Source: Selaginella moellendorffii
Lineage: Eukaryota; Plantae; Lycopodiophyta
Direction: 5' to 3'
Assembly (NCBI RefSeq): GCF_000143415.4
Contig: NW_003314360.1
Location: 104,284-168,283 of the forward strand
DNA: 64,000 bases
Shown: one piece after another, positions 13,252 to 24,800 of the stretch
Numbering within the stretch: the stretch's first letter is position 1
Layout of the letters: every line of letters starts with the position of its first letter
The notes under the pieces: model-generated
Told to the model about the DNA's origin: nothing
Seen by the model: only the letters and a program-made list of their open reading frames with translations
Database searches by the model: none
Program-made: the position numbers and the translations under genes

Positions 13252-16200
13252 TCAGACTGTTATTTTTTGCCTCCAACGCCTATACAATAATCTTGGAATT
13301 TCATCACTCTCCACACTATCAGGATTTAAACCCAATAGTAATGCCATCTCTTCTCTAATACGTCCACGCTCATGTTCAGTGGTCGAAGAACCCATCCGGT
13401 TGAGCAGATTATGGAGATGCGGATAGTGCTTGGCTAGACAATATACATGCCATAAATGATGACTGGTGTCTGTCCGATCAAATGGCTTCTGATATACCGT
13501 TCCATCTGCCATTTGGTTGATTTCTGCAGCCACCTCCTGGACTGGCCGGTTCTCTATCACCATCGCTTCAAGCCGTTTTGCAAGGTCCCCCAGAACATAC
13601 GGTTTCTTCTCCCTAGTTTCCATACTGCAAGAGATGGGGTGCACTGCATATGTGTGCGTGTTCGCTACAGTTTTAATCGGCGAGTCATCGATGATGAGGA
13701 TTTCACTTGACCTAGCAGTCCGGTTCATCACTACAGCCTCTGCCTTGACGAAGATGGGCTTGCTACCCCTCACATGGACCATAGTCAAGCAATCCTCCTG
13801 CGTTAGGAGAAAGTCAAATGGTAATATTACTCGCGTCTGATCGTGCATCATCTGTAGCAACGTTAATGCATTGTGGCGCATCATGGATGTCCAAACTCCC
13901 AATTGCAAATTGAACCCGGCCCTCTGTTTTAAGTGTCGCATGGTCATTATTAGATCCCGCAGTTTCTCCCGTGTGATTAATGTGAATCTGTCTCTTTTGA
14001 CCAACTTGCGACCGCAGGCTTTGGAGGGTGCAGTGACATTCGAGGACGAGCCACGCTCATGGGAGAAAAGGACACCGTTCAGATCAAAAACGATACAGTA
14101 CTTTCGCCGTGACTCTGAAATGAAATGCGTTAGCATAAAAAATGGTACAAGTCAATTTTACCATCTACAATATTAGCGAATGGTGCTCCCGATGGTCGTT
14201 CAGAGGGTTTTGGTCGAGGAAACGTGAAGGGCGGAAATACTCTCCTCTGCAATGTGGGGTCAATCGCATCCGATGGCGTGTGGGCACATGCCATTTCAGC
14301 TGTAGACTCTGGTACAACTGGCTCAACAGTGGCATGGGGTGGTTCCGATGGCGTGTGATCACACGCCATTTCAGCTGGTGCCTCCGTTGGCAAAGTGGAC
14401 ATGACCGAACAGGCAGCAGGGGCGGTGTAGGGAGGTTCCAACGGCGCGTAGTCAGACGATTGGGCACACGTTGGAAATGAGGATACGACCGGCTCGGCGG
14501 CTGGGGCGGCCTCATGCGGGTCCAATGGCGCCTGGTCACCGTCAGTTGGATACGTGGACAAGATTGACTCAGTGGTATGGGCAGCATCAAGTGGAGCGTG
14601 GTCAGCTTGCTTGGCGTTGATATGGATAGTAGCCTCCACCAGCTCTGATGACTCTTGCAGGCAAGTAGAGTCCACTGGCGGATCCATATGCATGTCCAAA
14701 TATCTCCCTTCGATTGAGATGGTATCCTCCCGTGCTACTAAAAACAAACTCATTAGCACATTGAATCGACTATACTGTATTTACCATCAATTGCTATTGA
14801 GGAACTAGGACCGATATCACTTGGGCGCACTGCTGATTCTGAAGGATTGGACATACGTTTCGACCCTTGCTTGGCACTATCCTTCCTCGACACTAAAGGC
14901 TAGAGTTTGTATCTTAATTCAACTGAATAATCTCTACTTACCATTTCTTCTGCGACCTACATGGACAATGTTAGAAATGGTAAAAGGTTAGGAATGGATG
15001 TACTATTATTTACCTGATGGTTTGTCTTGTATGACCTTCCTCCGCTGCTCTTTGGCCACCTCAGGCTGGCCATCATCGTCATCATCGTCATCGTCGTTAT
15101 TGTGATCGTCACCATTGTGAGGACCATCCAAGTCCTCTTCGTCCTCCTCTTCTTCGTCCTCCTCTTCTTTGTCCTCCTCTTCTTCGTCCTCCTCTTCGTC
15201 CTTCTGCTCTTCCTGCTCATTATCTTTCTCTGGCTCCTCATCCCCCTCTTGCATTTCTTCCATAGGCTGCTCAGGCTGGATTGCTTGTTTTTCCAGGACC
15301 ATCTTGGAAAAATCATCTGGCCGAGTCTCCATCTCAAAATACAAGACATCCATAGCCTGTTTTAGTGCGTGACCTAGGACCGTATCCTCACCCGACTGTC
15401 TTAACATGGTTTCTGCACGTTCTTGCACCCTTCGAAGACGACGAGATGAGAAAAACGTGGCCCTGACTTGAAAAGCATCCCTCATCCATTGTACCTCTCC
15501 ATTGAGATTGGGGAAGGGGAGTCCGCCATAGGAATCTGAGTCAGAAGGTGGTGACTGGCTCCTTTCACTCAGCCCTTGATCTGCAATGAATGGCATGAGC
15601 ACACACGCCATAACCGCGAGGCATTACCTATCATCTTTTCGTTGCCCTTCTTCCTTTTCGAATCAAATGCCTCTGATCCCGACGACTGTCCAACGTGCTT
15701 TCGCTTTTTATGACCACTGTCAGTTTGAGCTTGGCTGGTGCTTGCCTGTTTTGCCTTTGAAGAAGTGTCTCCTGCAAGGAATGGCATGAGACCACACGCC
15801 ATTGCAAATATAATTTGTACCTCCTTTTTTCCTATTGCTTGTCTGTTTGTCCTTCTTCGACGCGCCACCAGTGCGCTTTTCAGTCCTCGTGTCTGAATAT
15901 TCACAACGATCTATAATCAAAATGGCGTGAGGCCTCACGTGACCTTACCTTGTGCAGGTTGTGACCTCGGCCTAACATCAGTAGCTGTTAACGCCGTTTC
16001 AGCATCTGGGGGTGGCCACGCTCCTGCATACAGAGCTTGTGAGATAACATTTAAACTTAAAGTGCGTACTCACCAGGTTCGTAGAGAAGATACTGTTTTT
16101 CTTTGGAAACTGTAATTATATGCTCCATTGAAGTCACCTCTTCAATGGAGTTTGTCACCGCAACACACGGGACACCCTTGAGTAGTGCGGCTCGAAAGAA

Positions 16201-18660
16201 TAGTCCGCCGCAGTTGTACTCGACAACGCATTTGCCCTTGGAGTCACCCGCTATTGCGTTGAAGACCCAGCTGAGCATTTCCCATGCTGCACCTGGAGCT
16301 TTCTTTGGATTCGAAAGCTCCATAGCCGTCTTCAGTTCCTCAGGCACGGGTAAATTGACCTCCCTCAGATCAATTCGATCGGCTTTGTTGAACGAAGCTG
16401 GGAAGTCACTCCAGTCCCACTCTGCTGCAGGACCAATAACAAGGGCGACTGTGAAGATGCGGACATTCGTCGGTATCTTCTTCTTAGCCATTATCCCATG
16501 GATCTCCCGCATCTCCTTGCCTTTCAACCGAGCCTTCACCTCGTTCAAGGCCTTCCAGAACTTGTGATAGGATTCGGAGTCGTAGATCATATAGTGGACT
16601 GAAGATTCCACCTCCGCAAGTCCCACCATTAAGTCAATGATGGAGCTGACTTCGTCTGCATGAGTGATCTCCTCGTTTGTGAAGTCCATCACACAAAAAA
16701 TGTTCTTGACCTGCTCATCTCCGCGGGAAACGATGCTCCTCCACCTTTGATCCTCATCCGAATTCACGTATACCCGGTAAGGTTCTCGATAGGCCTCTGC
16801 TGCGGGGTCGAGCTGTTTCTGAAGCCGGCGGTCGACATCCCTCTTAATGAAATTTGGATACTGATCCAACTTCTCAGCTTTACTTTTCGTGGCATCCCGC
16901 AGCAGATCGATGAACTTGGGGGCCCCCTTCACGTACTCGTCGATGTCTTCATTTGACAAGTCCAGCTCTTCCATCATCTCTTGCGTGGTGTCGATGCTCA
17001 CCCTCGCCACGGCCACTTGCTCGAAGATCCAATCCTTCAATAGCGCACGAGCTCTCAGAGTCGTGCACAAGTCCTCGTATGTCACAATATGGCCGGGAGT
17101 CATTTTGGTCTTGTTGAAGACTACCTCACCAAGTAGAAGAGCATTAGCCACTGTCAGAAGGTCGTCGTCGTCTAGAGACCGCGAGAAACGCAAGGCGTTG
17201 AGCTTCAAATCATTGGGCTTCCGGCCGTCCTCCACACCCATTGAGTTTAGCAACTCCCCGTCATGGTACCTCCTTAGCACATCTACCCATTTGTCAAAAA
17301 CAACTTTTGTCGCGAGTAGAATGTTATGGATGCTGAGTGTGTCATTGACCCCCAGTGTTTTCGAGAGAAGACTCGAGAATTCCTGCAATGGAAATGGCGT
17401 GAGGCCACATGCTATGCCACATGCAACGAGGCTTACCTGCCAGGCGCTAGTTGCTAGTGCACGTCCTTGTCCTGGTTTTTGTGGCTTCTTCAGTTGAACC
17501 CAGAGCTTCCGTGTTCGTGCCAATGTCTCGTGCAGACCCGATTTGTAGCACGTTTCTTGCTTGACATTCTGCGCGTGGGAGATGTATATGATAGATCGGA
17601 GGGGCGAGTTGCCTTTTATCAGGCGGACAACTCTTGTCTTGAAGACTTTCTTCACCTCCTCGCCCACCATAATATCCACAACTATCTGTTGCATCGCCAA
17701 GCTAGAATGCTGCCCGGAGACGGCATAGAACCGGATGTTCTGATCGTCCAACACCTTCCTATTGATCAAGTCTGGAAACCTCGTCTCGCCCTTCATTGTT
17801 CGGTAGTAGGGGATCACGTCTGCGATGTCGGGTGTTACTGGACTTGCCAGCATCTTCTGCTTCAGTTTCTCCACCCACTCATCAGATACTAGCCTGTGGT
17901 TGTATTTGCTTTGGATGTCGATACGGCTCACGTCGATTGTATATACTTTGTTGGAATAGTAACAAGTACTATTATCTGCGACGATTTTTGCTGCCTCTTC
18001 TTGCTCTTTCTGCTCTTTGCGGCTCTTCTTTTTGGTGGGTGTAGTGTTCGAACCCGAGGCAATGGCATCACCGAGTAGCTTCTTTTTTGGAGCAGCAGAG
18101 TCGGACGTCGGCTTGAGCTTGACCACCCTTTTCTGCTTCGGGGTAGTTTCCAGATCGACCCCCTTCCCCTTCGCTTCGCAAACTGGAGGCACTCTCAACG
18201 GCTCAATGTTGGAATATAGTTTTTGAACATCGCCGTAGGTGAGGTCCGTGGATTCCATGTGATCTTCATAGACCCGCAGCGTCTTTGAAATTGTGGGCCT
18301 CCTGGACAACCTCTCCCTAGCTCCCTCTAGGAATTCCTCATAGCCGCTGCCCCCCTCCGGGAAGCCGCTAGGATGTGCAAGGTGGATCTTGAAGGCGGAC
18401 GCTGTCTCTACCACAAGTGCCAGTCCATATTCTTGCATGGAACTGCATGGAGTGTCTGTCACTTGGANNNNNNNNNNNNNNNNNNNNNNNNNNNNNNNNN
18501 NNNNNNNNNNNNNNNNNNNNNNNNNNNNNNNNNNNNNNNNNNNNNNNNNNNNNNNNNNNNNNNNNNNCACTTCGGATGCGGACTCGGACTTCGTGTCAGT
18601 GCCCTGTTCCAACGGGGACTCCCTCTCGGGTCGTTCGCGCAGTCCATCTCGGACGTCCAT
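13252..18660 (-). CDS. Predicted multi-exon transposon cargo protein: ParB/Srx-like domain, degenerate DNA amino-methyltransferase-like fold, acidic and Pro-rich linkers, FCP1/NIF-like HAD domain
   Basis: ORFs 16057-18660, 15006-15611, 14130-14759 and 13252-14136 join in frame through GT-AG introns: phase-0 17383-17436; phase-1 16024-16073, 15911-15948, 15772-15820, 15581-15627, 14957-15013, micro-exons at about 14735-14956, and 14115-14161. Motifs: FYAVSGQHSSLA; NPKK..WEMLSWVF..KCVVEYNCGG..AALLKGVPCVAV; IVFDLNGVL..LGVWTSMM..ILIIDDSPIK. The 5' end spans the N gap. Confidence 0.6.
18468..18567. other. Assembly gap (100 N)
   Basis: Run of n. Confidence 1.
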
Positions 18661-19070
18661 CTCGGACTCCTTCTCATACTACATCTCGGACTCCATCTCG
18701 GACTCCATCTCGGGTCCATCTCGGACTCCATCTCGGACTCCATCTCGGACTCCATCTCGGACTCCATCTCGGGTCCATCTCGGACTCCATCTCGGACTCC
18801 ATCTCGGGTCCATCTCGGACTCCATCTCGGGTCCATCTCGGACTCCATCTCGGACTCCATCTCGGCCTCCATTTCGGGTCCATCTCGGGTCCACCTCGGA
18901 CTCCATCTCGGGTCCATCTCGGACTCCATCTCGGGTCCATCTCAGACTCCATCTCGGACTCCATCTCGGGTCCATCTCGGACTCCATCTCGGACTCCATC
19001 TCGGACTCCATTTCGGGTCCATCTCGGGTCCACCTCGGACTCCAACTCGAGTCCATCTCGGACTCCACTT
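18640..19070. repeat. Minisatellite of ATCTCGGACTCC (12 bp) and ATCTCGGGTCC (11 bp) units
   Basis: About 35 tandem units are visible; they generate spurious ORFs in all six frames. Confidence 0.95.
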
Positions 19071-19300
19071 CCACGTGTCATGTGTTGGTCCTTTTGGGTC
19101 CCTTTTTTTTTGGAGCCTCGCTTTTTGCTCGCTTTGTGCTTGTTCCTCGAGCACTTCGTTGGGAGTTCCACTCCCGCTCTTGACTTTTCAAGTCGGAGCT
19201 TTTGGTCCAAACGTGTTACGCTCGTTTGGCTCTCGCTTCGGCCACCACCACGTGGCGCCCTTCCGGCTCCACTTTGGGGCCTAGGGATTTTGTGTCTCAC

Positions 19301-20855
19301 AACTAACTTCACTAACTCTGGTTTCACCAAGATCTACGTAAGGAGTTATGAAATGAAAGGGGCTCTATTGAAATGTGTTTATGGTCCTAGGGGCATTGTG
19401 ACATATCAAAGGATTTTGCATCAAGTTCTGTATTTGCATGTTTATCAAGCTACTGAATTGCTAAACCCTAAACCCTAAACCCTAAACCCTAAACATGTGG
19501 TAAATGCTGCGTGAAGAAAGATGCCCTTTCTGGGCAAATGCTGTAAGAGGCAGATGCCGAGCAGATGTATCTCAGGCTAGCGAAGGGGACGAACGGAAGC
19601 TAGCTATAAACATGACGGGATGCAAATAGATTACTAGGCTGGTCCTACGAAAATCAAAAACCATAATTGAAAACATTGAAAATGCAAAAAGAAAGGTTTA
19701 TAATATTTTTGAATTTTAGGCAACCAAAGGAATGTAAGTAGGGCATGTGTTTGTAAGTTTAAAAATGCCTCAACCACTTAAATTCCCAAGTAAATAAAGC
19801 TGTTTCTATTTTTGGTACAGGTAAACTTTATAGCGTGTGGGCTCATGCAATTTTGAACCCAAAAATGCACCAAAAAATGCTCGACTAGCATTATTCTTTG
19901 AATGGCGTGTGGCCTTATGTCGAGCATTATTCTTTGAATGGCGTGTGTTTTTTTTGAGTTTTCTAGAGATCCAACCGTTAGATCGCAACTAGATTTACAG
20001 AATGGTATACAATGTCTCTCGTGATGACCCTGCAAAGAAGCTCTCAATCGGACACCACATGAGACCACACGAGCCTTACAATGTCACAGGGGCATTGCCC
20101 ATAGATCCGACCGTTATTTTGCTCCAGATTTCACAGTTTGGTGTGCATTGACCTTTCCATCGAAATTGCAAAGGGACATCACAATCAGATGCGGGATCAC
20201 AAGAAACTAACTTCACTAACTCTGGTTTCACCAAGATCTACGTAAGGAGTTATGAAATGAAAGGACCCTCTCTATTGAAATGTGTTTATGGTCCTAGGGG
20301 CATTGTGACATATCAAAGGATTTTGCATCAAGTTCTGTATTTGCATGTTTATCAAGCTACTGAATTGCTAAACCCTAAACCCTAAACCCTAAACCCTAAA
20401 CATGTGGTAAATGCTGCGTGAAGAAAGATGCCCTTTCTGGGCAAATGCTGTAAGAGGCAGATGCCGAGCAGATGTATCTCAGGCTAGCGAAGGGGACGAA
20501 CGAAAGCTAGCTATAAACATGACGGGATGCAAATAGATTACTAGGCTGGTCCTACGAAAATCAAAAACCATAATTGAAAACATTGAAAATGCAAAAAGAA
20601 AGGTTTATAATATTTTTGAATTTTAGGCAACCAAAGGAATGTAAGTAGGGCATGTGTTTGTAAGTTTAAAAATGCCTCAACCACTTAAATTCCCAAGTAA
20701 ATAAAGCTGTTTCTATTTTTGGTACAGGTAAACTTTATAGCGTGTGGGCTCATGCAATTTTGAACCCAAAAATGCACCAAAAAATGCTCGACTAGCATTA
20801 TTCTTTGAATGGCGTGTGGCCTTATGTCGAGCATTATTCTTTGAATGGCGTGTGG
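19301..20855. repeat. Near-identical direct duplication of about 650 bp (19301-19947 and 20205-20855), each copy with (CCCTAAA)4
   Basis: Both copies start AACTAACTTCACTAACTCTGG. Plant telomere-type repeats lie at about 19461-19494 and 20368-20401. Confidence 0.92.
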
Positions 20856-21731
20856 CCTTATATTGCCATAAATGGACGTACACACACAGCGTAATTATTC
20901 CTTTACACGGCGAATAATCTTGGCGCGGATCGCTGACATGGCATGGCAAAGTTCGAATCACTGACATGGCACAGCTGGATCGAGGCAAGGACATGATGTG
21001 ACAAAGTTCAACCTCCGACAGCAAAGTCTAGAAGCTACTCAGTTTGAAATTTGTCAGAGGAATCATAAGATCTGGTTTGTCAAAGGATTTGATGTGACGT
21101 TCAAGCGTGTGTTATTTTTGAATTCTCGAACTCATTCCTAGGTCTATCATTTTTGTGCGCCGTGTTCTTGGTTCTGCTGAGCGCAGTGAGCGCTGCTTGT
21201 GTAAGCGGCGTTGTGGGCTGTGGTTTATGCGTTTACGAGCGGTTGCGGCATTGCGAGCGCCATTGCGAGCGGCAGTTTATGCGAGTGGCAGTTTGTGCGA
21301 GCGGCGCTACGAGCAGTTGCGGTGTTGCGAGCGGCGCTACGAGTAGTTGCGGTGTTGCGAGCGGCACTGTCTTTGGTGTGGCTACCGCTTCCTCTTGATA
21401 TTCGGCACTTGTGCTTCCTGGTATGTTCACCATGGAATGGCTTAGGACCACATTTAGAAATGGCATGAGGCCACATGCCATCTTGGGCCCTTGCAATTTC
21501 ATGGCTAGCGTATTGTCATGTATGTTTTTACTTGCCTGCAGCTGTGTGTATATCAAGATGGCATGAGGCCTCATGCCAATTTTGTAAATGCGAAATTTCA
21601 CGTGGGTGTCAATAGCATGTTTGAATAATGGCATATGGCCTCATGCTATTGAGGTTGTTTGGTATGTTATGATTTAGGCCATTCTCCAATCATTTTTTGT
21701 ATGGTCTTAACTTCTTTTCTGCACTTTCAGA

Positions 21732-24700
21732 ATGGCCTTCAGGGTTGGGGAAAAGGTTTACATTTTGAATGGTGGGAAGAGAGTTGCAAAAGGGACCCTT
21801 GTGTCTATGGATCAAAACTTTATTATACACTGTGAAAGGCTTGGGGAAGGCAATGCTGCTGTATCAGTAGAGACTGTCTTCGATGGGAATGTGGTCGCTA
21901 TTGAACGAGGAGAGATGGTCGTCGGGGTAAATGTTGTTGTTGCCTTAAAAAATCTTCAGAAGAAAGCAGATGTTGGGGACAGCGCAAGTGCGACGCATGT
22001 TCCCTCCGTGGATCTTAAGAACCGTGCTACATGGATTCAGGCAAAAGTGTTTCTAAACAACCCCGAGGGGGAGGTGGTAGCTGAGGGCTTAGCCACAGTT
22101 GTCGATCCAAGAGATGCGGTTGCTAATCAAGAATTGGGCTAGGATGATATTGGAGTTGCGATTTTAGAGGTTGTTGACACAGAAGAAAACAGTCTGACTA
22201 TTGGAAGCATTGTGCGGTGGAAATTGAGGCACTTAGTGTTTGAGAATGTGAAGGATTCACAATCAAACACCACTACAACTGATGATAGAACATCTCTTCA
22301 TGGGAAAAGAAAGTACACCTTCCTAAAGCGCAGCCAAAGGGATCTGAGCAACGAACCGAAAAGGCAGAAAATGGCGATGGAGGTTCGAATGGTCTCGACA
22401 GTTGCTTGTTGCAAGAGGAGGTGCTGTCAACATGCTGATTGGGATGCTATTGAAGAGGAGAGAGCAAGATACAAGACATTGTCCTGGAAGGCAGCTCGCA
22501 ATTTTGTGTATGAGGCATTACGGTCATCTGTTGATGCTTCAGAACATCAGGTGGGGGGCATGGTCTTCCAGAGGGGTTTGGTCTGCATGAAGGCATGGAG
22601 AATCATTTATGGAGTCCCTCGAAGCACATTCTACAGAATCAAAACTGAGTTCGAGGAACAAAGGGTTCAACAGGCAGTCCATGGGAACGACGGTACGCAC
22701 AAAACCAGGGGTCATGTTGTATATGGAGAGGCAATCTTCAAGAGGTTTGTCGAGACATGTAGCGAGCAGCAACCACATAAAACCCGCCTCTTGGAAGATG
22801 GAACACGAGACACCCAACGAGTTCTCCCTTCCATGTATACCAAGGGGGCCATATTGGAAGATGTGAATCGGGAACTCCAGAGTAATGGCTACAGGAAGCT
22901 GAGCCAATCTAGATTTAGTAGATTGTGGAGCAACAGGTTCAGGGATGTGAGTATAGGAAAGTACTCCAGCTTTTCAAAGTGTGACGAGTGCACTGCTATC
23001 AAAATGGCTTTGTCGAAGAATTCTTGCAGCGCTCAAGAGCGAGAGACGTTGGTTAGAAGGCGGCTCGACCACAACATCGAGCAGAGAAGCTGCAGGACTG
23101 CATATTATCATAATAGGATTCTCTCCATGGAGAGACCTGACTCTTACCTCTGCATCATCCACGACAAAATGGACCAGAAAAAGACGTGCTTACCTCGACT
23201 CAATCCTGCCCCCAAGGCAATCTCTTCATCCATGCAGCTGCCTGTGTCTCTGTTTGGCATAATCGCTCATGGGCATGGTGCCCAGAACTATGGGAACTTC
23301 TTTGTACCTCTATGGGGTGGCGGGGGTGCAAACATGATGATTGCGTCCCTAGCAAAACACTTAAGGTCTCTGCAAAGTGCGCAGACTGAGCTGAACGGCC
23401 AACCCTTGCATAAGGCCCTTGTCGATCGAACCCCATACAGGGTTCAGCTGGAGGAGGAGCAAAGGCTTGCAGTATCGCGTGGGGCCCCATGCCATCCCAG
23501 TGAATATGTTGGCCGTCAGATTGTAGGGTTATCACGTGAGGCCTCATGCCATTCCGACGAGGCTGGTCGCCCGGTGAATGCACAGCCTCATCCAAACGAA
23601 GCAGAATCTCAAGGAAGTTCTTGCGGCCGATGTGGCCTTCCACCCCATCTTCTGCTCCAAACAGACAATGCTGGCAGTGAGAACAAAAACATGTACGTCT
23701 TCGCGTACTTGGCGATGCTTGTTGCCAAAGGCATATTTGAAATGGTTACACTTGGCTTTCTCATGGTTGGGCACACTCATGAAGACGTCGATGCCATGTT
23801 CAGTCACCTGGCAGAGTCCCTCCGGCGATCCAATGTCCTCACCCTCCCACAACTCTACGATGAATTCCAAAATTGCATCAAAGGCACTGTTGAAGCTGCA
23901 CTTCTGACAGAGGTTCCAGACTTTAAGGGGTTTGTAAGAGGCTACATCAGGGATGGATCCGAAACGCTGATTGGCCACTCCAAGCCTCTTCAGTTTCATT
24001 TCAGCATGTGTGACGGTGCTCCAGTGATGAGGTACAAGATGAGAGAATGGGACACAGTGTGGCTGCTAGTGGACGGCATTGAACTCTTCAAGAGAGATCC
24101 CATAACTGGGGAACCTATGATTCCTCAGGGTTCCCCACGGCCGATGCACCCGGATGGACTCAAAGACCAGGAAAGTATAGTGGCCGGGATTAGACAGCAT
24201 ATTGCCTTCTGGAAGAGGGGGTTGGTGTTTGGTGGAGAATCCTATTTTCAGAGGTGCAAGCCTTTGCTCGAATACTGGGAGAAGATTATATCTGCTATCC
24301 AAAATGGGCCGGTTGTATATGAAGAATTGGAAGAGTCCTTTTGGCCAGAACCCAGAGCACCAGATAGTAGCGGAACAATGTCCTCTGGAAATGCAGTGAC
24401 AGATAACGATGTTGAGGATCACTATTGTGGGCCGAGGAACAAGAAGCCGGATTCAGCATTCAATCCAGTACAGGTCTGCAAAGGAATGGTCGTGCTTGTC
24501 AGACCCAGTAATAAAAAACAAATGATATGGGTGGGGCGCTGCATCACTGATGCAGAGGAGGACGCGGAAACTAACTCCTTCAATGTAACTGTGGAGTGGT
24601 TCAAGCCAAGTTCCGGATATACGAAGGATTGCCTAGAAAAGAGATGGGTGCTGAATCCAAGGGATCCCAGCATGAGCATATCGGTGGATAATGTTGTGCA

Positions 24701-24800
24701 TGGTTGGATGCGGAAGCAGAGTGCCACCATCACCTTGCCAGACCATGCAAGAGATGCAGCAAGAGCATTCATAACTCGGGTTCAAGGTGAGATTCATTAA
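21732..24800 (+). CDS. Sola-like DDD transposase with two N-terminal Tnp1/En-Spm-associated-like beta domains and a C-terminal SH3/Tudor-like domain; one in-frame TAG at 22140-22142
   Basis: ORFs 21732-22142 and 22212-24800 share a frame. HTH-like VCMKAWRIIYGVPRSTFYRIK; FSKCDEC; candidate catalytic motifs CIIHDKMD, LLQTDNAGSENKN and FLMVGHTHEDVDAMFS. Confidence 0.8.

Noticed and set aside
18640-19070. Possible CRISPR array
   Set aside because: Head-to-tail 11/12-bp units with no unique spacers, no cas genes, and a eukaryotic context.
18373-19478. Six-frame ORFs (SISDSISD, RTPSRTPS, HLGLHLGL, MESEMESE)
   Set aside because: They arise from a stop-free minisatellite and the N gap. The same applies to ORFs at 6931-7284 and 41958-42319.
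19461-20401. Chromosome end or healed break at the telomere repeats
   Set aside because: Only four units, internal to a duplicated transposon segment.
21240-21370. GC-rich 30-bp tandem repeat and Cys/Ala-rich ORFs upstream of the transposase
   Set aside because: About 2.5 repeat units in a probable 5' UTR or promoter; the ORFs are repeat-derived.
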